Assembly (NCBI GenBank): GCA_018672235.1
Contig: JABHGE010000001.1
Coordinates: forward strand, 1-26,529
Direction: 5' to 3'
DNA length: 26,529 bases
DNA from: Fidelibacterota bacterium
GTDB taxonomy: Bacteria; Fidelibacterota; Marinisomatia; Marinisomatales; Marinisomataceae
Translations under genes and position numbers: made by a program
Part shown: positions 21,010 to 26,529 of the stretch, in pieces
How the letters are laid out: the number at the start of each line of letters is the position of its first letter
How positions within the stretch are numbered: the stretch's first letter is position 1
Notes under the pieces: model-generated
Databases searched by the model: none
What the model was told of the DNA's origin: nothing
The model's input: only the letters and a program-made list of their open reading frames with translations

Positions 21010-22550
21010 ACAATAATACAATTATCATTCTAGACTTTGGATCTCAATATACGCAGCTAATTGCGCGACGCATAAGAGAGATCGGAGTATTCTCTGTTGT
21101 GCTTCCTTGCGATATTGGTATGGATAAAATTAAATCATTGAATCCTGGCGGTATAATTCTGTCTGGAGGTCCAGAAACAGTAACAGGGACTAATACGCCC
21201 AAGATTAATAAAGCTTTATTTGATTTTAATATTCCACTTTTAGGTATTTGCTATGGAATGCAGACAATAGCTCAAGAATTGGATGGCGTAGTTGTTAGTT
21301 CTGAGAAAAGAGAGTTTGGTCATGCTAATATAAAGATGAAGGAAACATCAATTTTGTTTGATGGAGTTAATTTAACCGAAGATTCTTTAGATGTATGGAT
21401 GAGTCATGGAGATAAGGTTGATCAATTGCCTAGTAATTTTAGTACCATCGCACAATCTGATAATTGTCCAATTGCTGGTTTTCAGAACAAAGAAAAGTCA
21501 TGGTTCGGTTTACAATTTCATCCAGAAGTAACACATACCAATCAAGGATCAAAGATTCTAAGTAATTTTGTTTATAGGGTATGTAAGTGTGAGAAAAATT
21601 GGGAAACTTCAGATATTATAGAGTCGATGGTTGCTTCTGTTACCGAGCAAGTAGGTAATGATAAAGTGTTGCTTGGCTTATCCGGTGGAGTAGATTCATC
21701 GGTCGTTGCAATGTTATTAGATAAGTGTATTAAGGATAATCTAATTTGCATTTTTGTAGATCATGGACTCCTAAGATTGAATGAGGTAGAAGAAGTGATG
21801 AGTACGTTTCAAAATTTAGGTATTAATATTCAACTATCAGAAGCCAGCGATCTCTTCTTGGATCGACTAAAAGGTGTTATAGATCCAGAAAAGAAAAGAG
21901 TAATTATTGGAAATACATTTATTGATGTTTTTGAGAAAGAGGCAAAGAAGATTAAGGATGTTCAATGGCTTGCACAAGGTACTATTTATCCAGATGTTAT
22001 TGAATCGTCAGCTGATGGAGATAAATCTAGTGTAATTAAATCACATCACAATGTAGGTGGATTGCCAGAAAGAATGGATTTAAAACTAGTAGAGCCTATT
22101 AGAGATTTATTCAAAGATGAAGTTAAAAAAATTGGAAAAGAACTAGACACTCCTGATCATATCCTAAAAAGACATCCATTTCCTGGACCTGGTTTAGGCA
22201 TTAGAATTATGGGAGAAGTAACAAAAGATAGAATTCATGTATTACAAAAAGCAGACAAAATTTTTATTGACGAATTAAAAGAAGCAAACTTGTATGATTC
22301 GCTTAGCCAAGCATTTGTTGTTTATCTTCCTGTAAAATCAGTAGGCGTTGTTGGCGATGAGAGACGATATGCAGATGTTTTAGCCTTAAGAGCAGTAGAG
22401 ACTGTTGATTTTATGACAGCGACATGGGCTCATCTCCCTTATGACTTTATTGGAAAAGTTTCCAATCGCATTGTTAATGAAATTTCAGCAGTCAGTAGAG
22501 TTGTTTATGATTGTACGGGTAAGCCACCCGCCACTATTGAGTGGGAGTAA
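21006..22550 (+). CDS. guaA: GMP synthase (glutamine-hydrolysing)
   Basis: [42 protein letters not shown] and KPPATIEWE. Confidence 0.98.
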   Translation: MNNNTIIILDFGSQYTQLIARRIREIGVFSVVLPCDIGMDKIKSLNPGGIILSGGPETVTGTNTPKINKALFDFNIPLLGICYGMQTIAQELDGVVVSSEKREFGHANIKMKETSILFDGVNLTEDSLDVWMSHGDKVDQLPSNFSTIAQSDNCPIAGFQNKEKSWFGLQFHPEVTHTNQGSKILSNFVYRVCKCEKNWETSDIIESMVASVTEQVGNDKVLLGLSGGVDSSVVAMLLDKCIKDNLICIFVDHGLLRLNEVEEVMSTFQNLGINIQLSEASDLFLDRLKGVIDPEKKRVIIGNTFIDVFEKEAKKIKDVQWLAQGTIYPDVIESSADGDKSSVIKSHHNVGGLPERMDLKLVEPIRDLFKDEVKKIGKELDTPDHILKRHPFPGPGLGIRIMGEVTKDRIHVLQKADKIFIDELKEANLYDSLSQAFVVYLPVKSVGVVGDERRYADVLALRAVETVDFMTATWAHLPYDFIGKVSNRIVNEISAVSRVVYDCTGKPPATIEWE

Positions 22551-22551
22551 A

Positions 22552-24204
22552 ATGAAAAAAACTACAGCAATTATATTTTTTCTATTATTCATCGGAATTT
22601 TAGGTTGGCAAAATAGAATCAATATTACTGTATGGGCTATTCCAAAGATTTTAAATATTGTAAGGCCGGTTTTATCCGAAGGTTCATCTAGTTGGAAAGA
22701 AGGGCCGGTCGTTCCAAATAAAACACCCGATAATAGACCTAATATCATTTTAATCCTTGCTGATGATTTAGGTTTCAATGATGTCTCACTTTATAATGGA
22801 GGAGCTGGAAGCGGTTCTTTGTTAACTCCAAATATTGATCAAATTGCGAAGGATGGAGTAATGTTTAAAAATGGATATGCAGCCAATGCAATGTGCGCTC
22901 CATCAAGAGCTTCGATTATGACAGGCCGCTATTCAACGCGATTTGGATTTGAATTTACTCCACTTTTCCCAGGCGCTGTACAGCTGATGAAATGGATAGA
23001 TGATATCCAGGACAATGAACTAAAGATTGAAATAGAAGAAAAATTATATGAAGATGTAAAAGATATATTTTCTGCTGGTATTCCTACTGAGGAAATTACT
23101 ATTGCTGAAGCATTGAAGGATGTTGGTTATTATACAGCTCATATTGGAAAATGGCATTTAGGCAGAGTAGACGGAAGTCACCCAAATGATCAAGGGTTTG
23201 ATGATAGCTTATTTATGGAAGGTGGACTATATTTGCCTGAAAATGACAAGCGTGTTGTTAATGCAAAAACTGATCATGCTGTAGATAGTATGATATGGGC
23301 TAGATCTCAATTTAGCGCATCATTTAACAAAAGTCCGAACTTTGCTCCAGGAGGATATCTTACTGATTATTATACAGATGAAGCAATCCAGGTAATAGAA
23401 AAAAATAAGTATAGACCCTTTTTCCTATACTTGGCTCATTGGGCAGTGCATAATCCCTTACAAGCTTTAAAGAGTGATGTAACAGCTATTAGTCATCATA
23501 CAACAGGACATAATTTACAAGTCTATTCAGGTATGATTACGGCATTAGATAGAAGCGTAGGGCGAATTGTTGATGCCTTAGAGAAAAATGGATTAACAGA
23601 TAATACATTAATTATTATTACAAGTGATAATGGAGGAGCAAGTTATATAGAACTTGCTGATATCAATAATCCTTATCGTGGATGGAAGCTGACACATTTT
23701 GAAGGAGGAACACATATTCCATTTATGGCTAAGTGGCCTGATCAAATTGAAGCGGGAACTAAATTTATACCTGTAGTACATCATAATGATATTTTTCAGA
23801 CGATTGCAGCTGCAGGAAATGCTAATGTTCCTACGGATAGAATATTAGATGGAGTAGATTTCTTGCCTTTTGTAAATGGATCAAAAGATGGAATTTTGCA
23901 TGAAACATTATTTTGGAGACAAGGACATCAACAAACGGTATTGCATCAAGGTTGGAAATTAATTAGAACAAGCAAAGCTGAACAAAAATGGCTATTTCAT
24001 CTTGAAGAAGATCCAACTGAGCAAAATAATCTTATATCAGATTATCCAGATAAAGTAAAATTATTAGAACAGTTACTGGATAAACATAATTTAGAGCAAG
24101 TAGAACCATTATGGCCAAGTGTTGTTAATGCCCCCATATTAATTGATAAACATACAGGTCAAGAATATGAAAAAGATGATGAATATATCTATTGGCCAAA
24201 TTGA
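22552..24204 (+). CDS. Formylglycine-dependent (Cys-type) sulfatase with N-terminal signal/membrane anchor
   Basis: RPNIILILADDLG, CAPSRASIMTGRY (CxPxR), IGKWHLG, AVHNP and SDNGG. ATG 22552 has GGGAG upstream, 1 bp after the guaA stop. Hydrophobic N-terminus MKKTTAIIFFLLFIGILGW. Confidence 0.93.
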   Translation: MKKTTAIIFFLLFIGILGWQNRINITVWAIPKILNIVRPVLSEGSSSWKEGPVVPNKTPDNRPNIILILADDLGFNDVSLYNGGAGSGSLLTPNIDQIAKDGVMFKNGYAANAMCAPSRASIMTGRYSTRFGFEFTPLFPGAVQLMKWIDDIQDNELKIEIEEKLYEDVKDIFSAGIPTEEITIAEALKDVGYYTAHIGKWHLGRVDGSHPNDQGFDDSLFMEGGLYLPENDKRVVNAKTDHAVDSMIWARSQFSASFNKSPNFAPGGYLTDYYTDEAIQVIEKNKYRPFFLYLAHWAVHNPLQALKSDVTAISHHTTGHNLQVYSGMITALDRSVGRIVDALEKNGLTDNTLIIITSDNGGASYIELADINNPYRGWKLTHFEGGTHIPFMAKWPDQIEAGTKFIPVVHHNDIFQTIAAAGNANVPTDRILDGVDFLPFVNGSKDGILHETLFWRQGHQQTVLHQGWKLIRTSKAEQKWLFHLEEDPTEQNNLISDYPDKVKLLEQLLDKHNLEQVEPLWPSVVNAPILIDKHTGQEYEKDDEYIYWPN

Positions 24205-24209
24205 TTATC

Positions 24210-24704
24210 ATGGATAAATCAGGTTTCATATCAATTCAATCATTTAACAAATCATATATCCCAGATTTTTATGCCTTAAATAAAGAATGGATTGAAGAAT
24301 CTTGGCGTTTAGAAGAGTCAGATATAAATGACCTATCTAATCCTCAAAAATATATCATTGATAAGGGTGGAGAAGTATTCTTTGCCATTAAAAATGATAA
24401 GGTAATTGCTACCGCTGCAATGGTATATGCAGATAATAAAATATTTGAGTTAGCAAAAATGACAGTAGCGGAAGATTGCCGTGGACTTGGAGTAGCTAAT
24501 CAACTGATGGATAAATGTATTGATTTCGCAAAGAAAAATAATGCAGAAAAGATTGTCTTAATTACTAATAGTGCCTTAGTAATAGCACGGAACTTATATG
24601 ATAAGTATGGGTTCAAAGAAATAGTGCTAGATTCTGATAAATATGGTGATAGGGGAAATGTAAAAATGAGCTTATATTTGGATGAAAAATCATGTGTGGA
24701 ATAG
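24210..24704 (+). CDS. GNAT family N-acetyltransferase
   Basis: ELAKMTVAEDCRGLGVANQL (acetyl-CoA motif A) and ARNLYDKYGF (motif B). ATG 24210. Confidence 0.9.
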   Translation: MDKSGFISIQSFNKSYIPDFYALNKEWIEESWRLEESDINDLSNPQKYIIDKGGEVFFAIKNDKVIATAAMVYADNKIFELAKMTVAEDCRGLGVANQLMDKCIDFAKKNNAEKIVLITNSALVIARNLYDKYGFKEIVLDSDKYGDRGNVKMSLYLDEKSCVE

Positions 24705-26529
24705 TAGCATATAAAGGTGAAAAGAATTGCTTCCCAATCTTATTAGATGGGTTAAAAAAGCTAGAATATCGTGGATATGATTCTGCGGGAGTAGCTTGTC
24801 TTGCTAATAATAAAATCAACATTACAAAGCGTACAGGTAAAGTAAAAGAGCTTGAAGCTGCTATTAGTAATAAAAAATCCTCAAAAAATTGTAATGGAGT
24901 AGGCATTGCTCATACAAGATGGGCAACGCATGGAGAGCCAAATCAAAGAAATGCACATCCCCATATAGATGAGAGCAAAAAAATTACTCTTGTGCATAAT
25001 GGAATCATTGAAAATTATGATCCTATTAAAAAGTTTCTTAAATCAAAAAAAATAAAATTTAAATCTGATACAGATACTGAAGTCTTAGTGCAATTGATTG
25101 GTTATTTTTATAATAAAGGAAAGTTAAATTTTGAACAATCTGTTCGTGCAGCTCTCCAAAGAGTAGATGGTGCATATGGCCTTGTTATTTTAAATACAGA
25201 TTTTCCAGATATGATGATTGCAGCTCGAAAAGGAAGTCCTTTAGTTCTAGGAATTAAAGATGATGAATTTTTTATAGGTAGCGATGTATCTCCTATTGTC
25301 AAGCATACGCAGCAAATCATTTATCTTAATGATAGCGAAATGGCTGTTATAGAGGGGACTAATTATGAAATAAAATCTGTAGATAGGGATACATCCTTAC
25401 CAAAAAAAATTGAAAAAATTGACTATAAGATTGATAATTTTGATAAGGGAAAATTTAAGTATTTCATGCATAAAGAAATCCATGAACAAGTGACAACTAT
25501 ACATAATACCTTGAAAGGTAGATCTACTAAAAGTAGCGTATTATTACATGGATTAGCAGAATATTGGGAAGAAATAAAGGTAGCCGAAAAGATCTATATT
25601 ACAGCTTGTGGGACCTCATGGCATGCAGGCCTTATTGGTAAAAATTTAATTGAAAGATTTGCAGAAGTTTCTGTTCATGTAGAATATGCATCTGAATTTC
25701 GATACAATCATAGTATCATGGATAACAAAACGGTTGTAATCGCTATCTCTCAATCAGGAGAGACGGCTGATACTTTAGCTGCTATTTCAAAAGCAAATGA
25801 TTTTGGTGCGATCACAATAGGTATATGTAATGTTCCAGGTAGTTCGGTGTCTAGAGAAACAAATTGTGGAATTCATACAAGGTGCGGTCATGAGATTGGT
25901 GTTGCATCTACAAAAGCATTCACTGCGCAAATCTCTATATTATATTTACTTGCATTAAAATTTGCAGATAGTAGAAAAATGATGACTAAATCTGACATGA
26001 CAAAACATTTAGATATGACAAGTATCCAGGATAAAACACCTATTCAATCTTTGCTTAGAAAAGAAAAATCAATTAAAAAAATGGCAGAAAAATATAAGAA
26101 TGCTTCTGATTTTCTTTACTTAGGACGAGGATTAAATTTTCCAGTTGCACTTGAAGGCGCTTTAAAGCTAAAAGAGATTTCTTATATTCATGCAGAGGGA
26201 TACCCTGCGGCAGAAATGAAGCATGGACCAATTGCCTTAGTAGATAAAAATATGCCAAATGTATTTGTCGTTCCAAAAGACAAGACTTATGATAAGATCA
26301 TATCTAATATCGAAGAGATAAAATCTCGAAAAGGAAAAATTATTATTGTTACAGACTCTAAAGATAAAATTTTAAGAGCTCTAGCAGATGATTTAATTTC
26401 AGTTCCAAAAACAAATCAGTATGTGTTTGTTATATTAGCCACTATTGCATTACAATTATTTTCATATTTTATTGCTGTCGCTAAAGGTTGTGATGTAGAT
26501 CAACCTAGAAATCTTGCAAAAAGCGTAAC
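24692..26529 (+). CDS. glmS: Glutamine--fructose-6-phosphate transaminase (isomerizing), 3'-truncated by a few codons
   Basis: Absent from the ORF track because there is no stop in the window. Reads MCGIVAY..LEYRGYDSAG, AHTRWATHG, HNGIIENY, SQSGETADT, VASTKAFT, ALKLKEISYIHAEGYPAAEMKHGPIAL and ends DVDQPRNLAKSV. Confidence 0.97.
   Translation, partial: MCGIVAYKGEKNCFPILLDGLKKLEYRGYDSAGVACLANNKINITKRTGKVKELEAAISNKKSSKNCNGVGIAHTRWATHGEPNQRNAHPHIDESKKITLVHNGIIENYDPIKKFLKSKKIKFKSDTDTEVLVQLIGYFYNKGKLNFEQSVRAALQRVDGAYGLVILNTDFPDMMIAARKGSPLVLGIKDDEFFIGSDVSPIVKHTQQIIYLNDSEMAVIEGTNYEIKSVDRDTSLPKKIEKIDYKIDNFDKGKFKYFMHKEIHEQVTTIHNTLKGRSTKSSVLLHGLAEYWEEIKVAEKIYITACGTSWHAGLIGKNLIERFAEVSVHVEYASEFRYNHSIMDNKTVVIAISQSGETADTLAAISKANDFGAITIGICNVPGSSVSRETNCGIHTRCGHEIGVASTKAFTAQISILYLLALKFADSRKMMTKSDMTKHLDMTSIQDKTPIQSLLRKEKSIKKMAEKYKNASDFLYLGRGLNFPVALEGALKLKEISYIHAEGYPAAEMKHGPIALVDKNMPNVFVVPKDKTYDKIISNIEEIKSRKGKIIIVTDSKDKILRALADDLISVPKTNQYVFVILATIALQLFSYFIAVAKGCDVDQPRNLAKSV

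Noticed and set aside
24600..24704. glmS ribozyme upstream of glmS
   Set aside because: There is no leader: the glmS start overlaps the GNAT coding sequence by 13 bp.
22500..24720. att-like direct repeat or integrase at the guaA 3' end
   Set aside because: No duplicate of the guaA end and no recombinase gene are visible.
19525..26276. Antisense ORFs at 19525, 22485, 24613, 25108 and 26073
   Set aside because: They overlap tsaB, the sulfatase or glmS on the opposite strand. The apparent gap after 24704 is filled by glmS.
22552..26529. Sulfatase + GNAT + GlmS as a new sulfated amino-sugar pathway
   Set aside because: The GNAT looks like a generic widespread family rather than a GlcN-6-P acetyltransferase, the sulfatase appears extracytoplasmic, and gene coupling is the norm across this window.

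Overview
AT-rich, densely packed core-genome region of a bacterium. The 16S sequence and gene content suggest a streamlined marine lineage such as Marinimicrobia/SAR406 (inference, not verified by search). Left to right: cytochrome c oxidase assembly genes (5'-truncated SCO, cyoE/ctaB); a minus-strand non-oxidative pentose phosphate cluster (rpe-tkt-rpiB); a divergent tetR-fadE-fadA-fadN beta-oxidation operon with a sigma70-like promoter and a perfect 14-bp palindromic operator; a hypothetical gene, trigger factor and a CNT/NupC nucleoside transporter; a complete rRNA operon (16S, tRNA-Ile, tRNA-Ala, 23S, 5S); then tsaE, tsaB, accD, guaA, a Cys-type sulfatase, a GNAT and a 3'-truncated glmS that the ORF track missed. 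I see no mobile element, CRISPR array or defence system, and no convincing wholly new system. The best leads are the TetR operator, an 18-nt near-copy of a 23S rRNA segment inside the highly structured ITS, natural 16S variants at conserved or antibiotic-binding positions (U1192, C695), a possibly gammaproteobacterial guaA-sulfatase-GNAT block, and an uncharacterised Cys-rich protein coupled to tig.
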